The notes below the pieces were generated by a model. It had not been told where the DNA came from. It saw nothing but the letters and a program-made list of their open reading frames with translations, and ran no database searches. Positions 1-13,347 of a DNA stretch of 64,000 nucleotides are shown one piece after another. The DNA is from Eledone cirrhosa. Taxonomy: Eukaryota. The DNA is taken from NCBI GenBank assembly GCA_964016885.1, contig OZ024752.1, positions 26,970,001-27,034,000 of the forward strand, read 5' to 3'. The translations under genes were made by a program, and so were the position numbers. How positions within the stretch are numbered: the stretch's first letter is position 1; every line of letters begins with the position of its first letter.

Positions 1-67
1 ATATATATATGTGTATATATATTTCTATATATATATATGTATATGTATGTATATGTGTGTATGTATG

Positions 68-144
<77 letters not shown>

Positions 145-174
145 TAAATTTAATGAAGATCTATCACCATGTCA

Positions 175-217
<43 letters not shown>

Positions 218-410
218 GGGCGGTAGATTGGCAGTATTGGTAGAGAGTCGGACGCCATGCTTTGCAGCAAAGAGTTACGGCCCTTTATGATATGAGTTCA
301 AATCTGGCCAAGGTTTACTTTGCCTCTCATCCTTACCGGGTCGATAAAATAAAGTACCAGTAATACACTGGGATAATTGCTGGCCTTGTGCCAAATGTGG
401 AAACAATTAT
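218..410 (+). mobile_element. tRNA-derived SINE, family A
   Basis: GGCGGTAGATTGGCAGTA head, B-box-like GAGTTCAAATC, central GCCTCTCATCC..GGGTCGATAAAATAAAGTACCAG, tail GCTGGCCTTGTGCCAAA..GAAACAATTATT; more than 10 similar copies in the window. Confidence 0.85.
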
Positions 411-429
411 TATATATATATATATATAA

Positions 430-1100
430 TATATAGTAAGAAACACAGTAAACCGTGTGTCTAAAATTACAAGGGTTGAAAAACTACATTTGTTTGAAAT
501 ATTTTCAAACAAATGTGGTTTTTCAACCCTTGTAATTTTAGACACACGGTTTACTGTGTTTCTTACTATATATTATTTATCAGCTCAGTATTTATACTTG
601 GAGCTTAATAGTTGCAGGGTTCCAATTGAGTGTTAACTCTAATTTTCTTATATATTTCTGCTCCCTCACAAGTTGAGCTTATTAAGTTGTGTGTGTTGGA
701 CTGTTATTTCTATTTCTATTCAATACACGCTTACTACGTTTGACTAGCGGAGCACGAGGTGACAAATTCATCTTTCTGTGTGAACGTTGGCAAATAGTGA
801 TTGTGGCATTTAATCAGAATCTCTCGCTGATGAAGCCCAGGGTTATCTGTTACAAACACACTCAGGGCGAAACAGATTAGGGATAATCTGTCCGAGAGAT
901 ATAATGGTTATTGAGGCGGTTTGTATATTTTATCATTCTGTCAGCTTCTTGGTTAAATATTTCAAACAAATGTGGTTTTTCAACCCTTGTAATTCTAGAC
1001 ACACGGTTTACTGTGTTTCTTACTATATATTATTTATCAGCTCAGTATTTATACTTGGATCTTAATAGTTGCAGGGTTCCAATTGAGTGTTAACTCTAAT

Positions 1101-1104
<4 letters not shown>
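430..1104 (+). mobile_element. Retrozyme-like element R1: short inverted arm plus ~1.3 tandem copies of a 457-nt non-coding unit, between (TA)n tracts
   Basis: 504-647 is repeated at 961-1104 (period 457); 430-500 is the reverse complement of the start of that repeat; one hammerhead in the unit; no ORF. Confidence 0.7.
819..900 (+). ncRNA. Type I hammerhead ribozyme, canonical core
   Basis: ATCTCTCG-CTGATGA-A-GCCC..GGGC-GAAA-CAGATTA(GGGA)TAATCTG-TC-CGAGAGAT: 8-bp helix I, helix II, 8-bp helix III, GUC site (C892). Confidence 0.92.
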
Positions 1105-1165
<61 letters not shown>

Positions 1166-1468
1166 TGTGTCACCTTTTCAACATATTGTATTTTAAAGAG
1201 CTCAGGATTCCGTCTCCTTTGAGCACATTATTGACAGGGAATATCGAGCGTCTGTGGCTCCGTTAATTTATCGTGATATATATACATAGTTTTAATATAG
1301 AAAAGCTTGTACAGGACTAGAACTGTCTCATTCGTGAGAAATCATCAGGAAGCCTCACGAATGAAACAGTTCTAGTCCTGTAGAAGCTTTTCTATATTAA
1401 AACTGTTATACGCTGCTATGTATTGAGTACCTTACTTACTGTGGTTACCTCCGATTCAACACGGAATA

Positions 1469-1500
<32 letters not shown>

Positions 1501-1504
<4 letters not shown>

Positions 1505-1872
1505 ACATTAAATTATGGTATGCCTTCATCAGACAAAATACAATATATAACAGTTTTACAAATAAGCTTTGACGTACCCTATTAAAATGCAACCATTATT
1601 TTTGGAAGCCATCCAAAATAATGGTTGCATTTTAATAGGGTTCGTCAAACCTTATTTGTAAAACTGTTATATATTGTATTTTGTCTGATGAAGGCATACC
1701 ATAATTTAATGTGGTATCCCTGAAATATGTATAATGAAATAAATATGGTTTTATAAATATAGTTTCCATTTATTAATATCGTATATCTACTCCAATACTT
1801 GTCGAGTGCTTTATATCAGTTATAAAAATATTTACTTGTTGTATCCCAACAATTTTAAATAGAACTTTTGCA
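1501..1872. mobile_element. Fold-back insertion, family F1 (related copies at 13345-13880, 15864-16333, 19148-19476)
   Basis: Inverted arms meet near 1610; common 3' end ..AAATAGAACTTTTGC-(AT)n; carries a hammerhead. Confidence 0.75.
1679..1739 (+). ncRNA. Minimal type I hammerhead ribozyme (F1)
   Basis: TTTTGT-CTGATGA-AGGCATACCATA..TGTGGTATCCCT-GAAA-TATGTA-TA-ATGAAA. Confidence 0.8.
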
Positions 1873-2156
1873 TATATATATATATATATATTTAATTTAT
1901 ATGTCGGCGATGAATTTGTTTTGCAATGTTTTTGATATGAAATTAATTATAAACATATAACATATACTAAAGCGAAAACCAACCCAAACCAATCAGTTTG
2001 TGTGTTTTATTGTATATTTCTGGCAATATTATAGCAACCTGACCCTCCCTAAATATCACAATAATGTATAAGTCACGTTTACGTAAATCTGCAACTATAA
2101 GAAATTTAATTATATATACACATATCTGACAGAAGCCAAACGACATATATATATAT

Positions 2157-2471
2157 ATATTAAAATACAAATATTAATAAAATCGATGTTCTTTTGATCA
2201 ATTACATTTTATTATACATATTTCAGAGGTACAACAGTACGTACTCATCAGACAAAATATAATGATACATGACATACCCTGAGATGTTAAATGGTTAAGA
2301 TTTAATTAAGGTACTACCTTGATTAAATCTTAACCATTTAACATCTCAGGGTATGTCATGTATCATTATATTTTGTCTGATGAGGACGTACTGTTGTACC
2401 TCTGAAATATGTATAATAAAATGTAATTGATCAAAAGAACATCGATTTTATTAATATTTGTATTTTAATAT
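2157..2471. repeat. Near-perfect ~315-bp palindrome carrying two opposed hammerheads (2207-2257 minus, 2371-2421 plus)
   Basis: Centre near 2314 (AAGGTACTACCTT); plus motif TTTTGT-CTGATGA-GGACGTAC..GTACCTCT-GAAA-TATGTA-TA-ATAAAA. Confidence 0.85.
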
Positions 2472-2674
2472 TAATAACTCTGGAAAATACTTACTTGTAG
2501 ATGCTTCCAATCTACTGTAAAACTCCTTCTTTGATGTACTCATTGAATCTTGTTTAGCTCTTTAATATATATATATATAGCGATGACATACCAATGAAGG
2601 TTGGAAAATCACTGACGAAGGACTATTTTTATCATATGTAACCCATGTGCAACCACGCAGTATTCTTTCTCCTC

Positions 2675-2721
<47 letters not shown>

Positions 2722-2876
2722 AGAGAGTGTAACGTGGAGTTACTGTAGGTTCATCTGGGTGAGCACTCGATGTTTAGGTTCATGTCGCTATCGAGGTGTA
2801 GAGCTAGCCAGAGTGCAGTATAGTAAAATAAAATAAAACAAGGACGTTTGGTTACTCCTTCGTTACGGTTATTGGT

Positions 2877-2963
2877 TGGTGACGCGCGTTTCGCTATTGA
2901 TCAACTCATGGTTCGATCTGTATCGATCTAGTCCGACTCTCTAATCAATGGCTCGTCGGATCT
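2877..2963 (-). ncRNA. Decayed hammerhead ribozyme, C4 variant
   Basis: Minus strand CCGACGA-GCCATTGATTA..TGATCAATAGC-GAAA-CGCGCG-TC; palindromic helix III, weak helix I. Confidence 0.55.
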
Positions 2964-3877
2964 CTGTGGTAGTACTAATATATATATAGTGTTTGGCTTA
3001 TGTCAGACGCTGTCAACCGGATGGAGCAGCTGTACCATTGGTAGGTGTTGAAACTGCCAAAGTCGATCTTTTGTATTTTTATTTTAAAAAAATAGTTTTT
3101 TAAGGTTTCAAAATTGTTTTTCGTTTTGTTTTGTTTCCGTTCGTTGTCTTATTCTCTCTTTGTTAATTTTCTTAAGTTTATCAACTATTGTGTCGTACAT
3201 TATAAAATAAACAGGATGGGTTGGGTTCTCAATATGTAGACTAAACGAATAATTCTGTTTTTTTTTAAAAATAAATCAACTAAGAACAACCTAGAAAAAT
3301 TAGAAGACTAGGAGACCTCCATATATAATAAAACGTTTAAGCTCTACTGGAATGGTTTGATTTCCTCGCCTGATGTTCTGACTGTTTCATTATGGGTAAT
3401 TTTATTATCCATAAATTATAGCTGTTTCCTGATGCTACTTTGCACCAGTTAAAACCAGTTTACATCAGTTAGCACCGGTATTCACTATTTTCGTAAATGG
3501 GGAAACACAGCAATTCAATAGCCTGATGTGTTATTAAACATAGTTCGAAGATGGAGTCAATAAAAGACAATTCAATCATTAAGATTATCACCGTCATCTC
3601 ATTAGAATGGTCCTAATCCGAATGATCTAATTGTCATCATTACCTTTAACATCTCTAGCGGCTTTATTATCACCCTGAAAAGCCACCAGCACCACCAGTA
3701 CCACCACCGGTACCACTATCCTCGCCGTCATCATCATTATCATCATCATCATCACCACCCTCTTTTTTCTGCTTTTCACGATCACCATCAATACCACTAT
3801 TATTACAATCATTTACACCAACACTATGTCCATTATCATCATCATTGTCATTGCCATCATCATCAACACCATTATTT

Positions 3878-4060
3878 GATTTGAAGTATCGGTAGAGGGT
3901 CAGACACCATGCTTTTCAGCATAGTTACGTCCCTTTACGGTCTGAGTTCAAATCCCATCGAGGTTAACTTTGCCTTTCATCCTTTCGAGGTCGATAAAAT
4001 AAAGTACCAGTAATGCACTGGGATAATTGCTGGCCGTGTGCCAAAAGTAGAAACAATTAT
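3878..4060 (+). mobile_element. SINE family A
   Basis: Matches 218-410 consensus. Confidence 0.8.
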
Positions 4061-4409
4061 TACCGTTATAGTTGTCATCATCATCATTTCGATCGGTTTC
4101 ATCATGTTTTTCCTCTCAACCCCAACCTCATCATCATCACATCATAATACCACCACCACCACCACCACACCATTACCACCATCACTAAATGAGCTTACCA
4201 CAAGTTCATCTGTTTAACCTAGAGTAATAAATGGTGAGCGCTTGGAACCTAGTGTTTCAGGTGCTCACAGCTCTTTGTATGCTGAACAATGTAGTCAGTA
4301 AAATCTCAACGTTTCTGTGGAAGGTTACTGGTTATGTTGTGTGTGTCGATGGAAATGCCTCCTTGGAGAACTATTGCATCGGGAATATGTATAATTATCA
4401 AAATTAATA

Positions 4410-4735
4410 AGGTGGTGAATTGGTAAAGTCGTTAGAACGTCGGATAGAAAGCTTTATGGTATTCGTTCCGGCTTTCTACTCTCAAATCCCGCCGAGGTCA
4501 ACTTTGCCTTTCATCGTTTCGAGGTCGATAAAAAAAACGTCCCAGTCTAGTACTGGGGTGTATTCTTCCTCTATATCTCTTTCTCATTTCCTCTCTTTCA
4601 CTTTCATCCTCTCACTGGAAGAAATCTGCTGTACTGAGGCATGGAGAGGGTTGGGCTCCGCCTGGCTTAAAATCCCCAAGAAACGTCGTATGTCAATACG
4701 GCGCCCCTACAACTCTATCAGGAGTTACCGGGCCG
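4410..4735 (+). mobile_element. SINE subfamily B with distinct long tail
   Basis: Same head and core, then ..TATGTCAATACGGCGCCCCTACAACTCTATCAGGAGTTACCGG, also at 56880-57160 and 23990-24301 (minus). Confidence 0.65.
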
Positions 4736-4749
4736 TACCATACCATTGT

Positions 4750-5620
4750 ATTGATAATAATCTATATAATATGTATGCAGTGCCCATTAGCACTATTTCC
4801 TGTAAGTTGTTCAGATTTCTAACCCCTGAATATTTGTTCACATATTTTAAGTCACCTACTATTATAATGATTATTTCCATTTCTATTACATTCTACTTAT
4901 CTGTATTTCCAGATCTATATATTTACATAATCTTTTCATTTCTTTGAGAGATACTTATCGTTTGTTTGGACTGATACATTATTTAGGAGACATGTTCATT
5001 TCAGGTTCTGCTTGATCGTTTAGCTTTATTCTCTTTGACTTTGAAGATTAGCATATTACAGTATACGGTCAATTTGTTATTCTCTGCAGTGTTTCTGTTG
5101 TATGTAATATCACCTTTTTTCTGTTGATAATGTCATCTTGGCTTCCATTTTATGAAACATCATTTCTGTCATGCCTGTATTATTGACTCTGACATGACAG
5201 CCACAGAAAATTTTGTTAATTGTTTCTTCTTAACCTTTCACATGTTAAGCCACAATCATGATTCTTTCAATTTTAGATTTGAGTCCTGCTCACCAAATGA
5301 TTTGTATGTCTATTTGCATTCTGTATATATATATTTTTTTCATGTACTAACTATCTCGGATGTTTTATTTGCCATAGCCACTTTAAACATCGTGTTCGTT
5401 TTTCCATTACAACTTTTAGGTTTTTGTACTTCTTACAGTTGTATTTCTTTGCAACATTTCTATTGTATTTGTTAGCATGTTTAGAGTCAGAAAACAGCTT
5501 TTTGTTTTATATATACAACATTAATAGCCCTAGTAGTTCTCTCAGTATAATTAGTCAGATTCTTCAAAAGCCACGAAATCTGTTTTGAATGTTTTCTGAG
5601 TTTGTTTGATTTAAGCGTGA
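4750..5620 (-). pseudogene. Heavily decayed 3' part of an R4/Dong-like non-LTR retrotransposon (restriction-like endonuclease region)
   Basis: Minus-strand pieces read CLLNNVSV..SLKEM, KYIDLEIQISRM, IIIIVGDL, NLQEIVLMGTAYI, matching the RLE-LINE C-terminal pattern IDVS..KE.EK..KY.DL..EI.RMW..PIIVGALG..QK.ALLGTAHIL; upstream boundary approximate. Confidence 0.6.
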
Positions 5621-6342
5621 AGGTTCAGATAAATAGAAAGACGACTTTAATCTAATTGTAATATATATATAATAAACAAGCTTATAACATAATTATATAT
5701 TATTAATAACTACTACAGCCATCACTCGTAATAGAGTATAACTTGGTAGTATGTATGAATATTTCACTAAATGTTTTAGGCACTCAAACAGTCGTAAGAA
5801 GATACAAATCCCTTCTGACAGCTGATAGAAGAGTGGGCTGGTGCTTCCATTATCGACTAGCTTTGAGCTGGTATTTTCTTTATCGATCCCGAAAGGATGG
5901 ATGGCTAAGTATTCTTGGCTGTATTTGAACTCAGAACGCAGAAAACCGGAATAAATCGACTGCCTTAATCGTAGTAACGAGAAGATTAATAGCTTGCAAA
6001 TCTATATTTAATGGAAGATAGCTTGTTATCAGTAAACTAAAAATCTTGATTGTATGGTAACAAGCTTCAATTATTGAAAAGACATCGATTTTCAATCAGA
6101 AGAGCAGCAGCAATTTGATTCGATTCAGTTGGAAATTGATGCAACAATAGTAAGAAAACAGTAAAAATAATAAATAATAACTTGCTGTATCGACACGAGG
6201 TCACAATTTTGGCTGTGTTAATGACGTTTAAATTGACCCCACTATAAGATTGTTCTTGCTTTCTGACATTCAACAGCTTCTGTCATCCACTGCCCTGCAT
6301 TATTGCCGCTGCTTTTGCTGCTGGTGATAATAATAATAATAA

Positions 6343-6450
6343 TTGTTTCTACTGTGCATTACTAGTGCATTACTGGTACTTTATTTCATCGAACCCCGTA
6401 AGGATGAAAGACAAAGTCTACCTCGGCGGGATTTGAACTCAAACCGTAAA
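6343..6450 (-). mobile_element. SINE family A fragment
   Basis: Reverse complement of the core and tail. Confidence 0.7.
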
Positions 6451-6841
6451 GGGCCAATGTTTTCTTATTTAGGCACAAGATTAACTTTTGGGGGGAGAGA
6501 AAAGTCGATTAAATCGACGCCAGTGCGTTACTGGTGAAAAGCTACTTATACAAAAGGTGCCTCTAATATGGCTATCTTAGGATAGTCTAACAAAACAGAT
6601 CGGATCTAAAGGAATAAACCTCTATAAAATCCTGCTTGTCTCACAGTAAGCAGAAGCTCATGCAACGATTATCAGTTTAATTAGATGATCTCGCCATCAT
6701 GAACACCAGTGGCTTCGGAGCTGATCGATTAATTTGACAATGGATTGGCTCGACTGCTCCAGTTAGCGGAGAAATCTCTGAGTATGCAGATATGGCGAAC
6801 CACAAATATTCTAGCTACTCTCAGACGTACTTGAACTCAGT

Positions 6842-7117
6842 ACTGCCGAGCTCCTCCGCAAGATCGGAGCGTCGGCGGCCCATCTGAGGAGAGAGCCCCG
6901 CGCATTTGGCTGGCTGCTGCAGAGGGTGTCACTGGCCATCGTCCGGTGGAATGCTTTTGCCGTCTTGTCCGCGGGCGCAGCACTCCTTCCACCTAGCCCT
7001 AGTCCCAGCCCATCCCTTTCCCATTCTTTTTTTTATTTTTTTCTCTTTTTTTTTTCTATATTTCCCTATTCGTTCTTTCCTTTTGTTTCCCCCTTTATTA
7101 TTTTTCTTACTAAATAA
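6842..7117 (+). pseudogene. 3' fragment of a CRE-like non-LTR retrotransposon
   Basis: Frame from 6842 reads TAELLRKIGASAAHLRREPRAFGWLLQRVSLAIVRWNAFAVL, resembling the CRE-clade C-terminal QRLSxAxxRGNA motif; GC-rich island followed by a pyrimidine-rich UTR. Confidence 0.65.
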
Positions 7118-7629
7118 GGTTTGTTTATTGCCTTTGAATACATTCATATTATTACTAGAAAAAGCAAAATGAATGTTTCACCTTCGAGGGAGGGATTACT
7201 CAAGAAGAGCACCTGAGATATTTTAAAATTTGTCCCTCGTTTACCTGCCCCACCCAACACGATTTCTCCCGGTGTTGTGTTATGTTACCGTGTTTCGTTG
7301 TAACATGTTCCACAATGTCTGATGGGTATCAAGGTTCATCATTTTCTTTTTTTTTTACAAACCACTTTGCGTTCTTTATCTCCCCATTCTTCCAATTCAT
7401 CTTTTCCCTGGGTTATTTGCAACATTTGCAAAGAAAATTCCCTTTGCAGATGTTTGGTTGCAACTATTATTATTGTTATTGTTGCTGCTACTGACGTCAG
7501 TTGGTTTCAAAATCATAATGATACTGGAGGAGGATCTGGTGACAGTGGTGGCGGTGATGTTATTATTTTCTTTTGGGTGGTGAAATTATGTCGCACGTTG
7601 GGGCAGAGGCTGAGCTGGTGGCATTTTTG

Positions 7630-7818
7630 CTGTCAGGATTGGCAGTATCGGTAGAGGGTTGGACGCCATGCTTTGCAGCATAGAGTTACGGCCCTTTATG
7701 ATATGAGATCAAATCCGGCCAAGGTTTACTTTGCCTTTCATCCTTACCGGGTCGATAAAATAAAGTACCAGTAATGCACTGGTATAATTGCTGGCCTTTT
7801 GCCTATATGAGAAACCAT
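7630..7818 (+). mobile_element. SINE family A
   Basis: Matches consensus. Confidence 0.8.
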
Positions 7819-8918
7819 TCTTGTTATCTGTTGCGCTGGTTTCAGTAGTAGGAAAACTAGTTAATTGGTTGCTTGTCTCTTTGTCTCTGTCTTGCTGTCT
7901 GTCTGGTTAGCTGCCCGTCTGGCTGGCTGCTTGTCTAAGCTGGCTTGTTGACATCGTCATTCTCATCGCCGTCGTTGTTATTTTACTTCCATTTGTTGTG
8001 GTGGTGTTGGTGGAGGAGAGATATATGCGGGCCTGATACATTTTTAATCGTTAAATTGTTTCCCGTTACTCTTTCTTGTTTTTGCTTTTCTCTCTATCTT
8101 TGAAAATTTTGTTTGAAAGAAGTCAAAGTTCATTTTCAAAATCTTGCTTTTGTTTTCGTTAATAATGCTGACATATTCATCAATGGTAGATTGTCTGTTC
8201 GCAGTGTAGTAGTAGTTGTTGTTATTGTAGTTAGTTTTAACCGTTGGATGGTGTCGGTAGCGGAGACTAGTGAGGGAAATGTCAGCTTGCCAGATACATT
8301 TCCACTCGTTGAACCAACCTTCAACTCCCCTCTCTTCTTGAATGGTTTCTTTATTGCACATACAATAAAGTGAAAGTTAAAAATATAGACGCGACAGTAT
8401 ATGCGCAGTTGAAAATTAAGTTTGATAACAGAGTTTGCAGATGGCGTTGTAAACGAGACAGTTTAAAATAGTGCATCATTGAAACAGTCTAATAAGTAGG
8501 TTATCTGAAAAAACACACGATTAAACTAGATATTAAAGAATAGTCAGGAACACGTAGATTAGGTCAGGGCACTCTCACAATTCTGATCATTTTTATTTTC
8601 CCAAACCCCATCGTTTAACTACTCGCAAGATAAATTCAGGTATCGGACTGGGCAAGAAAGCGACCACGTAGGCTGTTGCTTAAATACACCATTTCGTAAA
8701 TATAAAACAAACCATCTGAGGTGAATTTTACAAGCAACATACATCTGGAATGCTCCACATAGTGTAATCTCATCGTTTGAAATATCTGCACAGTTTCTGT
8801 CCCTAACGAGATGATCGACGAAGTAGAAGAATGAAAAGAAAAAGTGGTAAATATGAGGAGTGTGAATAAAAGATAGAGACGGCGTTGGTTTGTCTCACAA
8901 ATTGGCATTACATTACAC

Positions 8919-9105
8919 AAGGGCGGTGGATTGGCAGTATCAGTAGAGGGTTGGACGCCATGCTTTCTAACATAGTTACGTCCCTGTACAGTCTGAGTTC
9001 AAATCCCGCCGAGGTTAACTTTGCCTTTCATCCTTACGGGGTCGATAAAATAAAGTACCAGTAATGTACTGGGTAATTGCTGGCCTTGTGCCTAAAGTAG
9101 AAACA
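8919..9105 (+). mobile_element. SINE family A with target-site duplication
   Basis: TSD ATTACATTACAC at 8907-8918 and 9106-9117. Confidence 0.88.
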
Positions 9106-9435
9106 ATTACATTACACCTTAATGTGCGAAATTGCACGCCAGCAAGGTGGTTGATGGGATAAAAATGTGATTGTCTGTTCGTCGTATGTAATTGTTTTGT
9201 GTGCGTGTATGTATGTGTGTATATATATATATATTGATATTTATATACATATCCTCTTCCTATCTTTCCGTTGTTTACATGTCCCGCTCGCTTCACCCTA
9301 TTTTACGTGTCCCAATAACTTTATTTAGTTATTGCTCGCACCAACCAGAGGTATATGATCTTTAAAGCGAAGAAATACCAATGAAGGCTGGACGATCACT
9401 GATGAAGGACTAATTTTATGCATATATATATATAG

Positions 9436-9505
<70 letters not shown>

Positions 9506-9608
9506 TCGGCTCTGTTTAACTACATTGAGCTATACCTTTTACTGTCATTTCTATAATACGAAGAGGGTGTTTAACTCCAACACGCTCCAGTATTTTAACC
9601 TTTATATG

Positions 9609-9654
<46 letters not shown>

Positions 9655-9661
9655 TATATAC

Positions 9662-9706
<45 letters not shown>

Positions 9707-9713
9707 TATATAC

Positions 9714-9944
<231 letters not shown>

Positions 9945-9964
9945 CGTGTATATATATATATACA

Positions 9965-10000
<36 letters not shown>

Positions 10001-10015
10001 CACACACATACACAG

Positions 10016-10082
<67 letters not shown>

Positions 10083-10083
10083 T

Positions 10084-10171
<88 letters not shown>

Positions 10172-10763
10172 TTCGTTTTTTTAATTGTTTTGCAAGATTT
10201 CTTGGCTGAGAGCGTGTGTTGTAACAGATATTGTTGTGCTTTGGGAGGGTCATGCTGCCAGTAGAAATACACGCATCTGTAGATTTTCACTTCTATTTAT
10301 TCACTTCTATTTATTATACATTTCCCGTTGGTTGGTTGGTTCAATAACCGGATGGTCGTTTATATATTGTCGAGGCTCTTTCGTCACACTCTGTGATCTC
10401 CTCAGTGACTGTGTTTTTGTTTTGTGTCTCTCCTTTGTTCTGTCATACATCATCAAAAACAAGATGGCATAGGACAGAACAAAGGAGGGACACAAAATAA
10501 AAACCCAGTCACTGAGGAGGTGACAGAATGTGTGACGAAAGAGATTTGTCAATATATGAACAACTGTCCGGTTATGGAACCAACCAACCAAACAGAAATT
10601 TATAAATTTTTAAATTTATAAATTTAATTTATAATAAATTGGAGTGAAAGCTCTGGTGAGTGTGTTTCTTATTGGGAACATGACCCTCCCAAGGTATAAC
10701 ACTATCGGTTTCAACACACGTTTTCAGATAAAGAATCTTGCTAAACAAATTCAGAAACGAAAT
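10172..10763. mobile_element. Fold-back of two PLE family A 3' UTRs, with decayed hammerheads near 10365-10410 (minus) and 10507-10550 (plus)
   Basis: Both arms homologous to the UTR downstream of the GIY-YIG ORF at 60199-60706; flanked by (TA)n. Confidence 0.75.
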
Positions 10764-10818
10764 ATATATATATAGAGAGAGAGATTACAGTAATCAAAGT
10801 TCAGTTTAAGTCATTTAT

Positions 10819-10867
10819 TTGCTTACAATTGTTTCCTCCAAACCGAGGTTTGGATTCTTCGGAGCAA
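10819..10867 (-). ncRNA. Minimal hammerhead ribozyme, C4 variant
   Basis: TTGCT-CCGAAGA-A-TCCAAACC(TC)GGTTTGGA-G-GAAA-CAATTG-TA-AGCAA; second copy at 42727-42773. Confidence 0.8.
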
Positions 10868-10994
10868 CTATTTATAACATACTTGACCTCCTTTTCAACC
10901 CAAGAGACACATAAAACATATGCGCATGTTGATCAACAGTGGGGTGACATTCATCAAATGATATAGCATTATTATCAAATAATAGTACCCTTAA

Positions 10995-11025
<31 letters not shown>

Positions 11026-11356
11026 CGTTCCTTTGTCAGTATTGAACAAACGAGCAACGATGGTTGCTAGACACTACGGCTTAATACGGGATGTTTGTTT
11101 ACAAACACACCGAGCATTATAATACATTTTCGGTGAATCCATACGTACATATATATGTGTGTGCATGTATGTATATATATATACATACTACTGTACGTCT
11201 GTATACATATATGTATGTACGTGTACATACTTATATTTAAGTAACAGCCGTACTAAGAGTGGGAAGTGAAATTTCGTTTCATCTTTTCCGATTATATATA
11301 TATATATATATATATATTGATATTTATATATATATATATATATATATTGATATTTA

Positions 11357-11458
<102 letters not shown>

Positions 11459-11744
11459 AATAAATTATCGAGAATCTGAATTTCGGCCCACGAAATAACG
11501 AAACACAATCTTCGAAATGCGTGGCAAAGGGCTCAATAGTTTGGATAAACCAGAGCTATAACTATCGTTTAAATACCAACACACGGAGACAATGCTTAAA
11601 ATCACTCGCACAGCCGAAAAAAACGATCAGGAAAATTCGGGACAGACAAATAATAATAGAAATGAATGAAAAATCTTTACCCGGACCCGCTAGAATGATG
11701 GTAAATTCCAGCTTTTATATGTATATATATATAGATAGATAGAT

Positions 11745-12098
11745 ATAAAGAAAAGAAGATGAAATCGTAAATGCAACTGGAGTCTTATTTAAAAAAATAT
11801 ATATATATTTATTTGGTTCCTATACCGGTTTCGCAGTTGTTCTGCTTTTCAAAAGTAGAGTTGAGATGGAGGGTCTGTAGTTTTTCTCACATCAGATGTG
11901 AGAAAAACCACAGACCTCCCATCTCAACTCTACTTTTGAAAAGCAGACGAACTGCGAAACCGGTAAAGGAACGAAATAAATATATATATATTTTTAAAAA
12001 TAAGACTCCAGTAGCATTTTCGATTTCATCTTTTTTTCTTTATAGTTTCACTTTATAGACACCTCGGTTATTTTTCATTTTGTAAAAACACCCCTCAC

Positions 12099-12104
<6 letters not shown>
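11745..12104. mobile_element. Fold-back insertion family F2 with two U3-A8 hammerheads (11819-11856 minus, 11932-11969 plus)
   Basis: Arms centred near 11894; CTT-TTGAAAA-GCAG..CTGC-GAAA-CCGG-TA-AAG; second locus 55972-56315. Confidence 0.78.
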
Positions 12105-12141
<37 letters not shown>

Positions 12142-12158
12142 ATAAAATAAGAGATTAA

Positions 12159-12209
12159 AGTTTAAGCAAAGAATCGCTGCTTTCACCCTTTACGGGATCT
12201 TCTGAAACT
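12159..12209 (-). ncRNA. Hammerhead-like motif, A4 variant (family F3)
   Basis: AGTTT-CAGAAGA-TCCC(GTAAA)GGGT-GAAA-GCA..TGC-TT-AAACT; also at 37310-37360 and 55773-55821. Confidence 0.62.
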
Positions 12210-12252
12210 TATCGAGCCCTCTTTGGATTTTAGTCTTCAAGTTTATTAGTAT

Positions 12253-12288
<36 letters not shown>

Positions 12289-12289
12289 A

Positions 12290-12357
<68 letters not shown>

Positions 12358-12375
12358 AACGAGTATATTGATATT

Positions 12376-12437
<62 letters not shown>

Positions 12438-12668
12438 AATAAATTATCGAGAATCTGAATTTCGGCCCCCGAAATAACGAAACACAATCTTCGAAATGCG
12501 TGGCAAAGGGCTCAATAGTTTGGATAAACTGACGGCTGAGCTCAAGCCGTTTCGACGGCTAATTCAGCCGTCGGGGTCCTACTCGTTCCTATTACCCACT
12601 CTACTACCCTAAGTATTGAGTACTTTGGTGCGTTATGGTCCACCTGGTTCCTTACCATATTTCCTTCG

Positions 12669-12706
<38 letters not shown>

Positions 12707-12707
12707 A

Positions 12708-13055
12708 TACATTCACATGACCTATACCGACCAATCAAAATTGTTTTGACCACAAGAATTTTTGCAACACCATGTAGCGCTGGAGCCACTTTTTTAACAT
12801 AAAAACAGTCTTGGCGCAAAATCAGTTTTTTACATTCACATGACCTCTACCGACCAATCAAAATTGTTTTGACCACAAGAATTTTTGCAACACCATGTAG
12901 CGCTGGAGCCACTTTTTTAACATAAAAACAGTCTTGGCGCAAAATCAGTTTTTTACATTCACATGACCTCTACCGACCAATCAAAATTGTTTTGACCACA
13001 AGAATTTTTGCAACACCAAAGTAGCGCTGGAGCCACTTTTTTAACATGAAAACAG
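12708..13055. repeat. Tandem repeat, 123-bp unit, ~2.8 copies
   Basis: TACATTCACATGACCT starts at 12708, 12831 and 12954. Confidence 0.92.
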
Positions 13056-13280
13056 GTAGAATTCCCAAAACTAATCAGATCAGAGCAAACAACACGGACA
13101 CTATCTCAAAATTATTTTTGAAAAGCATTTAGAAATGCGCAACCGGTAAAAACTTAAAAACTTAAAACCACAACTGAATACTAACCCATACAATTACTAA
13201 TACTCTTTTATTCCTAATTAAACTATTTTTCAACTGTGAACAATTTGTCAGCATTTTCTATTCCGTTTACCAATATATAT

Positions 13281-13347
<67 letters not shown>

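Noticed and set aside
4420-4947. 175-aa ORF
   Set aside because: Runs through a SINE and the antisense strand of a decayed LINE; no protein motif
12708-13055. Repeat array as a possible CRISPR
   Set aside because: Contiguous 123-bp units with no unique spacers, in a eukaryotic context with no cas genes
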